Notes: generated by a model from the letters alone, not told the origin. A stretch of 64,000 nt of DNA from an uncultured Veillonellaceae bacterium (GCA_963805085.1 CAWDTA010000002.1:1088001-1152000); one strand, 5' to 3'. Shown: positions 41,036 through 52,043, counted from the stretch's first letter. Program-made: numbers and translations.

Positions 41036-44000
41036 ATGAATTCGAAAGAGAGTTTACTTGCACAGCAAGCGGAAAAAACAAGTTGCGATGGTAAAAAGGA
41101 TTCAATAGAAATAGAATCAGGGCAATCTCCAAAACCAGATTTTACTGAAGAAAACAAAGTAGTTTCAGCGGTAGGTTCACAGGCAAATATGGCATTCGTT
41201 TCGCAAGTGGATCAAGGTATACTTCTAGAAAAGACTATATATAAACTTAGAGGACTCTTTGCAGAAATTATTAAGTTACCTATTGACAGAATTGATGCTG
41301 ATGAGGCTTTGGAGGTATATGGAATTGACTCGATTATGATTATCGAGTTTAATAAAAAACTAGTTAATATTTTTGGAGAACTGTCAAAAACTTTGTTTTT
41401 TGAATATAGAACCTTAGAAACTTTTGCGGGATATCTCATTGCACACTATTCGCAAGATTGTGTGAAGTGGACTGGCCTAGTAGATCAGCAGCGAAAAAGA
41501 CCGGAAGTGGATTCAGCAGCAGTGCATTCTAATGAAGACCTTCCTGTGTTAACCTCATTGAAAGCAAGCAAGAAAGCAGGGCAAAACTTTACCGTTAAGA
41601 GACCAGATAAAAGAACCCAGGAACCTATTGCCATTATTGGCATGAGTGGACGTTATCCACAAGCAAAAGATTTAAATGAATATTGGAAAAATTTAAAGGA
41701 AGGCAAAGATTGTATTACAGAAATTCCGGAAGAACGCTGGTCATTAGAAGGTTTTTTCAATCCAGATGTTCAGGAAGCTATAGCACAAGGAAAAAGCTAT
41801 AGTAAATGGGGTGGCTTTGTAGACGGATTTGCAGATTTTGATGCTTTCTTTTTCAGTATCCCGCCTCGAGAAGCGATCAACATAGATCCTCAAGAACGGT
41901 GCTTTATTGAATCATGCTGGGAAGTGTTAGAGGATGCTGGATACACTAAGGAACTGCTTGAAAAACAGTATAATCGGCGGGTTGGTATTTTCGCAGGAAT
42001 CAACAGAACTGGTTTTGCCTTATATGGACCCGACCTATGGAAACAGGGCGAAAAAATTTTCCCCTATACTCAGTTTGGCTCGGTCGCTAACAGAGTTTCC
42101 TATTTGCTGAATCTACAGGGACCAAGTATGCCGATCGATACAATGTGTTCATCTTCATTAACTGCGATTCACGAAGCCTGCGAACATATTCATAATGGAG
42201 AATGTGAAATGGCGATTGCAGGTGGGGTAACCCTGTACCTTCATCCGTCTAATTACACTCAACTTTGTAGTTTGCAAATGCTGTCTGTAGATGGACAATG
42301 TAAGAGCTTTGGACAAGGTGGTAATGGATATGTACCTGGAGAAGGAGTAGGTACTGTTTTATTGAAGCGCTTATCCCAGGCTATCGCCGATAGGGATCAT
42401 ATTTACGCCGTAATTCGAGGTACTGGTATTAATCATGGTGGAAAAACCAATGGATATACGGTACCTAATCCGACAGCCCAAGGGGAACTTATTAGAACGG
42501 TATTGGATAAAGCAGGGGTAGATGCCCGAGCAGTCAGCTATATTGAAACTCATGGAACTGGGACGGCTCTTGGCGATCCTATTGAAATTACTGGGATTAC
42601 TCAAGCGTTTCTAAAGGATACGCAAAAAACACAGTTTTGCGCCATTGGCTCTGTAAAATCAAATATTGGACATTTGGAAGCTGCAGCGGGGATTGCAGGA
42701 GTTACTAAAATTGTATTGCAAATGAAGCATCAGAAAATTGTCCCAAGCTTACATTCAAAACAATTAAACCCCAATATTGATTTTACAAAAACGCCGGTTG
42801 TTGTTCAGCAAGAACTTGTGGATTGGAAACGGCCAATTATTGAAATAAACGGAGAAGTTAAGGCATATCCTAGAATTGCCGGTATCTCGTCCTTTGGTGC
42901 GGGTGGAGCAAACGCCCACGTGCTGATTGAAGAATATATTCCAGATGATCACGAAGATGCTCAAGGGATGATTAATAACTTGGATTTTGCAATTATTGTT
43001 TTATCAGCAAAAAATCGAGAACAACTCAAAAAACAAGTGCAGCAATTGTTAGCTGCTATCCAAGAACAACAATTTTCTGATAATAGCCTGGCTGATATGG
43101 CTTACACACTTCAAATAGGGCGCGAAGCAATGGAAGAACGTTTAGCTGTGGCTGTTAGATCAATCAAAGAACTTGAGGAAAAACTACAGGGCTTTCTCGA
43201 CGACCGGGATGGCATCCCCGATCTATATCAAGGACAGGTCAAACGTAATAAAGAGACATTGTCAATTTTTAAAACTGATAAAGAATTACAGGAAGCAATG
43301 GAAAAATGGATTGAACGCGGGAAATACAGTCAGCTTATGGAGCTCTGGGTCAAAGGATTAAACTTTGATTGGGACAAGTTGTACGGAGAGGATAAACCCC
43401 GCCGTATCAGTTTGCCGACTTATCCGTTTGCCAAGGAACGTTATTGGGTGCCAGAAGTAGTGAAAAAATCTAGTATTATAACAAAGGCTTCCGAGGGAGT
43501 AGTTCTTCATCCATTACTGCAACAGAATACCTCGAATTTTTCCGGTCAGCGTTATAGTTCTATTTTTTCGGGGCAGGAGTTTTTTCTGGCGGATCATATA
43601 GTAAACGGACAGCGCGTTTTGCCTGGGGTGGCCTATCTAGAGATGGCCAGGGCGGCAATTGAACAAGCAGAAGGTTTGGAAGCAGGTGAGAAAAGGATCG
43701 GGTTGAAAAATATTGCTTGGGCCAATCCTATTGTCGTTAATGGACAGTCAGTAAAGGTACATATTGGTCTCTATCCTAAGGAGAATGGAGAAATAGCTTA
43801 TGAAATCTATGTCGGAGAGGATAACGCGGAACCTGTTATATATAGTCAAGGAATTGCAGTGTTCAATCCGGCAACGGAAGTTCCAACCTTGGATTTGAAG
43901 AGTTTACAGGCGCAGTGCAGCAAAGGTGTGCTTAGTTCCAGTGAATGTTATGACACATTTAAGGCTGTAGGGATTGAATATGGTTCAGCTTACAAGGGTG

Positions 44001-47000
44001 TTGAAAAAGTGTATGTGGGAGCAGAGAAAGTATTGGCCAAACTGTCTTTACCTAATGTTGTAACTAATACTGGAGACCAATATGTCTTGCACCCAAGTTT
44101 AATGGATTCTGCCTTACAGGCATCAATTGGGCTTTTAGGCGGCAATAATTTCAAACCGGTTTTGCCTTTCAATCTTCAAAATATAGAAATTATTAGTAAA
44201 TGCACGACGGTCATGTGGGCTCTGATTAGCTACAGTGAGGACAAAGCTAAAGGGCAAAGCCTGGACATTGATTTAAGTGATGAAAACGGAACAGTGTGCG
44301 TCAGGATGAGGGGATATTTAACAAGGGGGCTGGAAAGTGAAAGTTTGTTGAATAATATTGGAACACTATTGTTCTCTCCACGTTGGCAAGCACAAGAAGT
44401 TACCCGGGAAGCTACAGCTCCGGACTATGCCCAGCATTTGGCAGTACTTTGTGAACCGGATAATACTCTCCAGAAAAGCGTTGAAAGGCAGATGGAGGAT
44501 GTTCACTGTATTACTTTGCAATCCGTAGAAGAAGATATTGATAAAAGGTTCCAAACCTATGCTATTCAAGTGGTTGAGAAAATTAAGGACATTCTTGCAG
44601 ATAAGCCTAAAGGTAAGGTACTGTTGCAAATTGTGGTCACTAGCCAAAATGAACAGCAAGTTTTCTCCGGACTTTCGGGGCTTTTGAAAACAGCTCGGCT
44701 GGAAAATCCAAAAATCATAGGGCAGCTGATTGAAGTGGAAGCGGGAGAAGGCGGCGACGGGGTTGTAGAAAAACTTAAGGAGAACAGCAGGAGTCCAATT
44801 GATAGTCATATTAGTTATCAGGACGGAGCAAGGTATATCTCACGTTTCAGTCAATTGGAAATTCCCCAGGAACAAGTGGTTATCCCCTGGAAGGAACAGG
44901 GCATATATTTGATTACTGGAGGGGCTGGTGGACTAGGTCTTATATTTGCCAAAGAGATTGCTCAGCATGCTAAGGGGGCCACTCTGATCATTACAGGACG
45001 GTCTGCTTTAAGTGAAAACAAACAAGCAAAATTGCGAGAATTACAGTCGCTAGGAGTTCGGATTGAATACCGGCGGATTGATGTGACAGATAAAGAAGCG
45101 GTGTCAGCGTTAATCTATAGCATTCGGAATGAGTTTAAAGGCCTAAATGGCATTATTCACGGTGCCGGACTGATTCGGGATAACTTTATCATTAAAAAGA
45201 CCAAGGAAGAAATGCAAGAAGTTTTATTACCAAAGGTTACTGGGCTGGTAAACCTAGATCAGGCAAGTAGAGAACTGCCGTTGGACTTTTTAATTCTCTT
45301 TTCTTCAGCCGCCGGGGCTTTGGGCAATCCGGGACAGGTAGACTATGCAGCGGCTAATGCCTTTCTAAATGCCTATGCTAAGTACCGAAATTCACTGGTA
45401 GCCTTAACACAACGATACGGACAAACCATAGCAATGAATTGGCCGCTGTGGAAGGAAGGCGGGATGCGTGTTGATCAAGAAACCGAGAAGCTGTTAAGTA
45501 GCGAAGGTATTATCACGCTGCGGACCTCAAGCGGTATTAAGGCTCTGTATCAAGGAATGGGTTCCGGTGAAGAACAAGTCGTAGTAATAGAAGGCGATAT
45601 ACGGAGGATACAGGAGAGATTCTTAAGTACGCCGACAAAAACTGAATCACATCCTCCTAAAATGACGGTTTCGGAAATTGATACCGGAATACTGCGAGAA
45701 AAAACCCTATATCAGCTTGAAATGCTATTATCTAAAGTAACCCAGATAGATGCTGGAAAATTAGATGACGATGAACCTTTAGAGACTTATGGGATTGATT
45801 CGATCATCATTACTCAGCTCAATCATGAGCTGGCCGGAACCTTTGGAGAGATATCCAAAACACTATTTTATGAATATCAGACTTTGGGCGCCTTGGTAGA
45901 ATATTTTATTGCCGAACATACACAGACATGCAGGCAATGGACTGGACTAGTAACTGAAGTCCAGGCAAAGCCAGAAATATCGAAGAAACCTTTAACGGAT
46001 GTAGGCACTGATAATAAGGTTCCCGTTTTGACATCATGGGAAAAAGGCAAGAAGCAAAAAAGAAACTACCTTTGTACAAATTTAGATTCCAAAAACTTCG
46101 AACCTATTGCCATTATTGGTATGAGTGGGCGTTATCCGCAGGCAAAAACTCTCCAAGACTACTGGACGAATTTGGAATCCGGTAAGAATTGTATTACAGA
46201 AATTCCCCAAGAGCGCTGGCCGTTGGAGGGATTCTTCCAATCCGATAAACAAGAAGCTGTGGACCAAGGCAAAAGTTACAGTAAATGGGGCGGGTTTATA
46301 GATAACTTTGCGGATTTTGATCCCTTGTTTTTTAATATTTCGCTAAAGGATGCAAGAAATATGGATCCTCAGGAACGCTTATTTGTTGAATCCTGCTGGG
46401 CAGTGTTTGAGGATGCAGGATATACTAAGGAACAGCTTGCCGTAAAGTATAATGACCGAATCGGTGTTTTTGCGGGAATTACAAAAACAGGCTTTGAGTT
46501 ATACGGTCCTGATTTATGGAAGCAGGGTGAAAAAATATTTCCTCATACTTCGTTCAGCTCAGTGGCTAATAGGGTTTCCTACCTGCTGAATTTACATGGA
46601 CCTAGTATGCCGATTGATACAATGTGCTCTTCCTCGTTAACAGCGATTCATGAGGCTTGTGAACATCTCTATCGTGGAGAATGTGAAATGGCGATTGCGG
46701 GCGGCGTTAATTTGTATCTACATCCATTGAGTTATATTGGACTTTGTGCACAGCAAATGCTGTCTATAGATGGACAGTGCAAGAGCTTTGGACGAGGCGG
46801 AAACGGATTTGTGCCTGGTGAAGGGGTAGGAGCTATACTGCTGAAACGTCTATCCCAGGCGATAGCTGATGAAGATCATATTTACGCCGTTATCCGGGCA
46901 ACCAGCATTAACCATGGTGGAAAGACGAATGGTTATACGGTTCCCAATCCTATAGCCCAAGGGGAGATTGTCCGGGCTGTGCTGGATAAAGCAGGGGTAA

Positions 47001-50000
47001 ATGCCCGCGCAATCAGCTATATAGAAGCTCACGGTACGGGAACAGAACTTGGCGATCCGATTGAAATTACGGGATTAAGCCAGGCATTTGCTAAGGATAC
47101 CCAAGATACCCAGTTTTGTGCCATTGGCTCAGCAAAATCGAATATAGGTCATTTGGAAGCTGCCGCTGGGATTGCAGGAGTTACCAAGATTGTACTGCAA
47201 ATGCAACACAAAAAAATTGTTCCAAGCCTGCATGCCAAAGAGCTAAATCCTAATATCAATTTTGCCAAGACACCATTTGTAGTTCAACAAGATCTTGCGG
47301 AATGGAAACGACCAATAGTTGAGAGCAACGGAGTAAGTAAGGAATATCCAAGAATAGCCGGTATATCAGCTTTTGGTGCCGGAGGATCAAATGCTCACGT
47401 AGTGATTGAAGAATATATCCCGCAGGATACGGAGCGGTCTAACATTCTGATTGGTGAGCAGAGTCCTGCCATTATCGTATTGTCAGCAAAGGATGAAGAC
47501 CGTCTTAAAGCTAAGGTACAACAATTGCTCTCTGCGATTCAAAAACAAAAATTAAGTGATAATGATCTTGCCAATATCGCGTATACACTTCAGGTAGGGC
47601 GTGAAGCAATGGCAGAGCGCTTGGCTTTATTCGCAGGATCTATGAAAGAACTGGAAGAAAAACTAAAGGCATTTATAGCTGGTAAGAGTGGAATTGAAAA
47701 TTTGTATCAAGGTCAGGTCAAACGTAATAAAGAAACGCTTAATCTTTTTGCTGCAGATGAAGATTTGCAACAAGTAATCGATATTTGGGCCAGTAAAGGA
47801 AAATATGCTAAACTTTTAGATCTTTGGGTCAAGGGGCTAGTTTTTGACTGGAACAAGATTTATGAGGATGTCAAGCCTCGTCGAATCAGCCTGCCTACAT
47901 ATCCATTCGCAAGGGAACACTTCTGGATACCTAAAATTACCGATGATTTCCAAGTAACGCCGAAAAATCGACAAGGAAATGAGAAACGCAGCGCCTTGAT
48001 GTATCAAGGTGATCGTGTACAAGCATCAGAACCTTTAAAAGGCAGGCTGATTGCTTCTCCGCTGAAAGAAATGCAATTTGAATATATTATGAGTACTGAG
48101 AACTTTACTGAGCTTAGAGATAACCATAATGTGCTGCATGTTGGATATTATCAGGAAATATTGTGCGATGCTGTTAAGGCTAGTTTCAATACTAGCTCAT
48201 ATGTACTACATAATATTGAGTTCTTAACAGCTTTGAGGTTTGATGAAGATTCTGCCCGAGTTGTGAATCTGATCTTAAGTCCTGAAGATGAAAATGGTTT
48301 TATGAAGTTTCAGGTAAGTAGTCGGAAAACCGGGAAGAATAAATGGACGCTGCATGTAAAAGGAAGCCTTAAGATTAATAGGGATATTCAAGTTGATAAA
48401 TTGCCGGTTGAGCAATATCTTAATATTACCAAGGATGGGGAACAGTACACAGCCGACGAGTTTTACCAAAAAATATTTGAACAAGGTTTTCGTTTAGGTG
48501 ATAGTGTAAAATGGGTGGATCATGTATGGCATAGAAAGGGAGAAATTCTTGCCCGTTTTAGACCTTTCACTGAAATGGAGAAGTGGTGCAATTACTCTAT
48601 TGGGATTCATCCTGGTGTGCTTGATGCATGCGCACAACTTTTTGTTTTCGCCGGTCAGGAATGCCTGCCATCAGGTACCATCTTTATGGTGGTAGAAATG
48701 AAAGAATTCAGCTTTCATTGTGCAGGCAACAGGGATAAAGCTGTATGGTGCCATTTTGTGCTGGATAAAGATGGCCAGGATGGCGATTGTATACAAGGAA
48801 ACTATACGCTTTATGATGAAGATGGACTTATTCTGGCACAGGCGAGAGGAAAAAAAGTAAAAAAATTAAATATAAAAGGCTTAAAAACTATAGATCTGAA
48901 TCGTAGTCAAGCCGAAAATTTTAAGAAATCCTTATTGTCTGATGCAAATGATGGAAAATCATGTATGCAAGCTGAAGTATTGGAAGACTCATTGCGGCAG
49001 ATAATGGCTGAACAATTAGGTATGTTGCCGGAACAACTTGATACCGGTGAGTCACTGAGAGATTTGGGAATGGATTCAATTGCCGCCATGAACTTTAGAA
49101 GTATGGTTGAGAAGTCCTTGGGCACAAAGATTTCCGCGGAAGACTTACTGGAAGGACCGTGTATTAAGGAATTGGCTGCTACTTTGAATTCTCAATGGCA
49201 AAAATTGGATAAGGATGGCGAAGAACAAGAAAAAACTGAAATTGTTAAGAGTGAAGAGCTGGAGGATTCTTTGCGGCAACTAATGGCCGAACAATTAGGT
49301 ATGTTGCCAGAACAGCTTGACACTGGCGAGCCGCTGAGAGATTTGGGAATGGATTCAATTGCCGCTATGAACTTTAGAAATATGGTTGAGAAGTCCTTAG
49401 GTATAAAGATATCCGCGGAAGACTTACTGGAAGGACCGTGTATTAAGGAGTTGGCTACGATAATACAGACTGAATTACAAAATTCTGATCTTAAGCCTAA
49501 AAAATTGGCAACCGTACAGGAGCAATCAAAAGGGGCAAGTATATGGTATGCGCATAGAATTATCAATAAAAATGCTAAATTTAGACTCTTTTGTTTACCA
49601 TATGGCGGCGGGGGAGCCTCATTATATCGTGAATGGCAAGGAAAACTGCCGGATTATATTGAAGTATGTCCTATTCAGATGCCAGGTAAAGAAAACAGAA
49701 TAAAGGAAGTTCCTATTGACAATATTGATGACGCAGTAAATACGCTGGAAAAAGCTATCAAAACTGAATTAGATATTCCTTATGCCTTTTATGGGCATAG
49801 CTTGGGAGTACTAATTGGCTACAGACTATCTTACCGTTTATGGCAAACGGCAAAAAATAAACCTAGCCACTTCTTTGTGGGAGGTTTTAGCCGACCTGAG
49901 GCTATTCCTAATTTTAATCTTGGAAAGAGGCTTGCTATGTTAAAATCTAGAGGTTTTGACAGTATTCCCACTGTAAGTGAAATCGAAGCGTTACCAGCTG

Positions 50001-50341
50001 AACAGCTTGACTTCTTGGTGCACCAAATAGGGGGCATGGAAAATGTCGTTGTAGAGGACGACATAGCTAGGAAACTGATAGCGGCCGCTCTTTGTGATTT
50101 GAGAATTTGTGAGAGCTTTAAGTTTAAAGAGGAGCCTCCATTTGACGTACCGATTACTGTTTTTCACGGCATAAAGGATGAGCGTGTTCCGGTAGAGAGT
50201 ATGGAGGCATGGAAATTGAATACTACATCAGCCTTTAAACTCCATGTGCTACCAGGAAATCATTTCTTCCTAAATAAAGAGCAGTATCAAGATGAATTGA
50301 TGGCCTTTATTAAAGAAGATATAGATCTGCATATATCCTAA
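41036..50341 (+). CDS. Trans-AT PKS subunit 3: ACP-KS5-DH-KR-ACP-KS6-atypical hotdog (PT/DH-like)-ACP-ACP-TE
   Basis: ACPs GIDSI (x2) and GMDSI (x2); KS DTMCSS/HGTGT/GHLE twice; DH DHIVNGQRVLPG; KR GGAGGLG with IRD; TE GHSLG (~49793) and GNHFF. Confidence 0.95.
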   Translation: MNSKESLLAQQAEKTSCDGKKDSIEIESGQSPKPDFTEENKVVSAVGSQANMAFVSQVDQGILLEKTIYKLRGLFAEIIKLPIDRIDADEALEVYGIDSIMIIEFNKKLVNIFGELSKTLFFEYRTLETFAGYLIAHYSQDCVKWTGLVDQQRKRPEVDSAAVHSNEDLPVLTSLKASKKAGQNFTVKRPDKRTQEPIAIIGMSGRYPQAKDLNEYWKNLKEGKDCITEIPEERWSLEGFFNPDVQEAIAQGKSYSKWGGFVDGFADFDAFFFSIPPREAINIDPQERCFIESCWEVLEDAGYTKELLEKQYNRRVGIFAGINRTGFALYGPDLWKQGEKIFPYTQFGSVANRVSYLLNLQGPSMPIDTMCSSSLTAIHEACEHIHNGECEMAIAGGVTLYLHPSNYTQLCSLQMLSVDGQCKSFGQGGNGYVPGEGVGTVLLKRLSQAIADRDHIYAVIRGTGINHGGKTNGYTVPNPTAQGELIRTVLDKAGVDARAVSYIETHGTGTALGDPIEITGITQAFLKDTQKTQFCAIGSVKSNIGHLEAAAGIAGVTKIVLQMKHQKIVPSLHSKQLNPNIDFTKTPVVVQQELVDWKRPIIEINGEVKAYPRIAGISSFGAGGANAHVLIEEYIPDDHEDAQGMINNLDFAIIVLSAKNREQLKKQVQQLLAAIQEQQFSDNSLADMAYTLQIGREAMEERLAVAVRSIKELEEKLQGFLDDRDGIPDLYQGQVKRNKETLSIFKTDKELQEAMEKWIERGKYSQLMELWVKGLNFDWDKLYGEDKPRRISLPTYPFAKERYWVPEVVKKSSIITKASEGVVLHPLLQQNTSNFSGQRYSSIFSGQEFFLADHIVNGQRVLPGVAYLEMARAAIEQAEGLEAGEKRIGLKNIAWANPIVVNGQSVKVHIGLYPKENGEIAYEIYVGEDNAEPVIYSQGIAVFNPATEVPTLDLKSLQAQCSKGVLSSSECYDTFKAVGIEYGSAYKGVEKVYVGAEKVLAKLSLPNVVTNTGDQYVLHPSLMDSALQASIGLLGGNNFKPVLPFNLQNIEIISKCTTVMWALISYSEDKAKGQSLDIDLSDENGTVCVRMRGYLTRGLESESLLNNIGTLLFSPRWQAQEVTREATAPDYAQHLAVLCEPDNTLQKSVERQMEDVHCITLQSVEEDIDKRFQTYAIQVVEKIKDILADKPKGKVLLQIVVTSQNEQQVFSGLSGLLKTARLENPKIIGQLIEVEAGEGGDGVVEKLKENSRSPIDSHISYQDGARYISRFSQLEIPQEQVVIPWKEQGIYLITGGAGGLGLIFAKEIAQHAKGATLIITGRSALSENKQAKLRELQSLGVRIEYRRIDVTDKEAVSALIYSIRNEFKGLNGIIHGAGLIRDNFIIKKTKEEMQEVLLPKVTGLVNLDQASRELPLDFLILFSSAAGALGNPGQVDYAAANAFLNAYAKYRNSLVALTQRYGQTIAMNWPLWKEGGMRVDQETEKLLSSEGIITLRTSSGIKALYQGMGSGEEQVVVIEGDIRRIQERFLSTPTKTESHPPKMTVSEIDTGILREKTLYQLEMLLSKVTQIDAGKLDDDEPLETYGIDSIIITQLNHELAGTFGEISKTLFYEYQTLGALVEYFIAEHTQTCRQWTGLVTEVQAKPEISKKPLTDVGTDNKVPVLTSWEKGKKQKRNYLCTNLDSKNFEPIAIIGMSGRYPQAKTLQDYWTNLESGKNCITEIPQERWPLEGFFQSDKQEAVDQGKSYSKWGGFIDNFADFDPLFFNISLKDARNMDPQERLFVESCWAVFEDAGYTKEQLAVKYNDRIGVFAGITKTGFELYGPDLWKQGEKIFPHTSFSSVANRVSYLLNLHGPSMPIDTMCSSSLTAIHEACEHLYRGECEMAIAGGVNLYLHPLSYIGLCAQQMLSIDGQCKSFGRGGNGFVPGEGVGAILLKRLSQAIADEDHIYAVIRATSINHGGKTNGYTVPNPIAQGEIVRAVLDKAGVNARAISYIEAHGTGTELGDPIEITGLSQAFAKDTQDTQFCAIGSAKSNIGHLEAAAGIAGVTKIVLQMQHKKIVPSLHAKELNPNINFAKTPFVVQQDLAEWKRPIVESNGVSKEYPRIAGISAFGAGGSNAHVVIEEYIPQDTERSNILIGEQSPAIIVLSAKDEDRLKAKVQQLLSAIQKQKLSDNDLANIAYTLQVGREAMAERLALFAGSMKELEEKLKAFIAGKSGIENLYQGQVKRNKETLNLFAADEDLQQVIDIWASKGKYAKLLDLWVKGLVFDWNKIYEDVKPRRISLPTYPFAREHFWIPKITDDFQVTPKNRQGNEKRSALMYQGDRVQASEPLKGRLIASPLKEMQFEYIMSTENFTELRDNHNVLHVGYYQEILCDAVKASFNTSSYVLHNIEFLTALRFDEDSARVVNLILSPEDENGFMKFQVSSRKTGKNKWTLHVKGSLKINRDIQVDKLPVEQYLNITKDGEQYTADEFYQKIFEQGFRLGDSVKWVDHVWHRKGEILARFRPFTEMEKWCNYSIGIHPGVLDACAQLFVFAGQECLPSGTIFMVVEMKEFSFHCAGNRDKAVWCHFVLDKDGQDGDCIQGNYTLYDEDGLILAQARGKKVKKLNIKGLKTIDLNRSQAENFKKSLLSDANDGKSCMQAEVLEDSLRQIMAEQLGMLPEQLDTGESLRDLGMDSIAAMNFRSMVEKSLGTKISAEDLLEGPCIKELAATLNSQWQKLDKDGEEQEKTEIVKSEELEDSLRQLMAEQLGMLPEQLDTGEPLRDLGMDSIAAMNFRNMVEKSLGIKISAEDLLEGPCIKELATIIQTELQNSDLKPKKLATVQEQSKGASIWYAHRIINKNAKFRLFCLPYGGGGASLYREWQGKLPDYIEVCPIQMPGKENRIKEVPIDNIDDAVNTLEKAIKTELDIPYAFYGHSLGVLIGYRLSYRLWQTAKNKPSHFFVGGFSRPEAIPNFNLGKRLAMLKSRGFDSIPTVSEIEALPAEQLDFLVHQIGGMENVVVEDDIARKLIAAALCDLRICESFKFKEEPPFDVPITVFHGIKDERVPVESMEAWKLNTTSAFKLHVLPGNHFFLNKEQYQDELMAFIKEDIDLHIS

Positions 50342-50811
50342 TATTTGCCGAGACTAAATAAATTATTCGCAGCTTCGTTTTATCTGTAATTTCATGCCTA
50401 AGTGGAATTTCTCATCCCGGAAAATCGTATAGAAAATTTGAATGCTAATACAAATATATAGACCAACTGATTAAGGACAAAAAAGGCTAGAGGATGAAAT
50501 AGGTGTGAAAGCAGGACATTGTAAATCACAAAAAGAGCAAGAATCAAGTAGCTTAATAGGATGAATACTTAAGGCCCAGACCAAATCTTTTGGGGTATTC
50601 GATTATAGAAAAAAGAAGAGTGGTAAATGGAGATACCTGTGGATTTCATGAAAAATAAGGGTCTTTTGTTTAACCACTCTTCTTTGTTTTTGAAGATTTA
50701 GATTTGAATGATAACAGGAGGTGAAGGTTTATGTGACCTAATAACTTTAGAGTAAAGTATTCAATCGTTGCTAAATGAATGACAATTTTAGTATTTTCGA
50801 GAAAGTAGGAG

Positions 50812-51612
50812 GTGCGCAGTTTTATGATGAACGTAAGTTTGGTATTAAGAAAAGAAATTTTAAATGGATGCAATACATTTACGGATTATTTCTCCATAAA
50901 ATTATCTGAAAAAAGCTACAAAGTTTCTTTGAATTTTTCTAAATTTAATAAGTTTGATGCAAGTTTAAACATAAAAAATCTTCTTCATGACGTTGAGCGT
51001 AAATATTTTGAGACTCTTAAATATAATCGAAGAATAAATAGTTTCCTTTTAGGAAGATATTCTGCTAAAAGAGCCATTACTGCATTAGTTGGTAATGAGA
51101 AAGATTTTACAAAAATTCTTATCAAAAAGGGAGTGTTTAATCAGCCAATTGTAGATTGTGAGACATCCAGTAATATACAGGTCAGTTTAAGCCATAGTGA
51201 TGACCTTGCAGCAGCAATAGCATTTAATGATATGCTGATTTTAGGAATTGATATTGAAAAAGCTAGTAGGCATATCAATCAAGAAGTGGAAGCAGTGTTA
51301 ACACAATGCGAAAGGGACCTTTCTTTTAAAGTTCCATGCTCATATAGAAATTTTCTGTTAATGATTTGGACAGTAAAGGAATCTCTTTCTAAGGTTCTTA
51401 AAACCGGGTTAACAGTACCTATGCGCATTTTAGAAGTAAGAAATATTGAAGAGCTTGAGGGATATTGCGTCAGCACTTTTACAAATTTTCCACAATATAG
51501 TACAGTGTCCTTTATAGTGGAAGATTATGTTTGCTCGATTACATTCCCAAAAAATGTTGAAATATATATAGACATTAATAGGATAAAGGATAATTTATAT
51601 AAGATTTTATAA
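50812..51612 (+). CDS. 4'-phosphopantetheinyl transferase (Sfp-type, trans-AT-cluster associated); likely start 50824
   Basis: SFLLGRYSAK, GVFNQP, SLSHS, LGIDIE, WTVKESLSK; RBS AGGAGG at 50807-50812. Confidence 0.88.
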   Translation: MRSFMMNVSLVLRKEILNGCNTFTDYFSIKLSEKSYKVSLNFSKFNKFDASLNIKNLLHDVERKYFETLKYNRRINSFLLGRYSAKRAITALVGNEKDFTKILIKKGVFNQPIVDCETSSNIQVSLSHSDDLAAAIAFNDMLILGIDIEKASRHINQEVEAVLTQCERDLSFKVPCSYRNFLLMIWTVKESLSKVLKTGLTVPMRILEVRNIEELEGYCVSTFTNFPQYSTVSFIVEDYVCSITFPKNVEIYIDINRIKDNLYKIL

Positions 51613-51764
51613 AGAAAAAATGTAAGTGTCCGTGAAGGATAAAAAGTATGAAATCATACAATTCAATGATATCATTGCTGATACTAACACCTCGATCGCT
51701 TTCACACAGTCTGGCATCCCTAGTGTACTTGAGTTAAAGACGATTGCAATATAAAATTTTATTG

Positions 51765-51818
51765 AAAAAGTGTGCCTCAACAAAGACTTCATGAGCCATT
51801 GTTGAGGCACGCTTTTTT
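51765..51818 (+). terminator. Intrinsic terminator after the PPTase
   Basis: AAAAAGTGTGCCTCAACAA ... TTGTTGAGGCACGCTTTTTT. Confidence 0.7.
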
Positions 51819-52043
51819 ATTAGCGTATTTGGTAGTATAATTTCAAAACAATGAAAACAGCAAGAATACAATGTAAACTCTGTTGGAACACAAGCTTGTA
51901 ACGTATTATAATGTTCATCAAGGACCCTAATGTTTTTGTTTTACTATTTATGTTTCAGTATTTGCTACTGGAATTATTCTTAGTCATCGTAGTTCGGAGA
52001 TGTAATAAAGGCTTTGGTGATATATTAAAAATAAGGGGTGAAA

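Noticed and set aside
326-50064. Numerous 60-180 aa ORFs overlapping the NRPS, PKS and transporter genes
   Set aside because: They lie within long, motif-rich genes and show no recognisable motifs; repeated ones simply mirror PKS duplications.
50342-50811. Riboswitch or ncRNA in the gap between the PKS and the PPTase
   Set aside because: No recognisable aptamer consensus or strong stem by eye; an Infernal/Rfam scan would be needed.
51626-51754. Small ORF (MSVKDKKYEIIQFNDII...) after the PPTase
   Set aside because: About 42 aa, no clear RBS or recognisable motif; cannot be supported.
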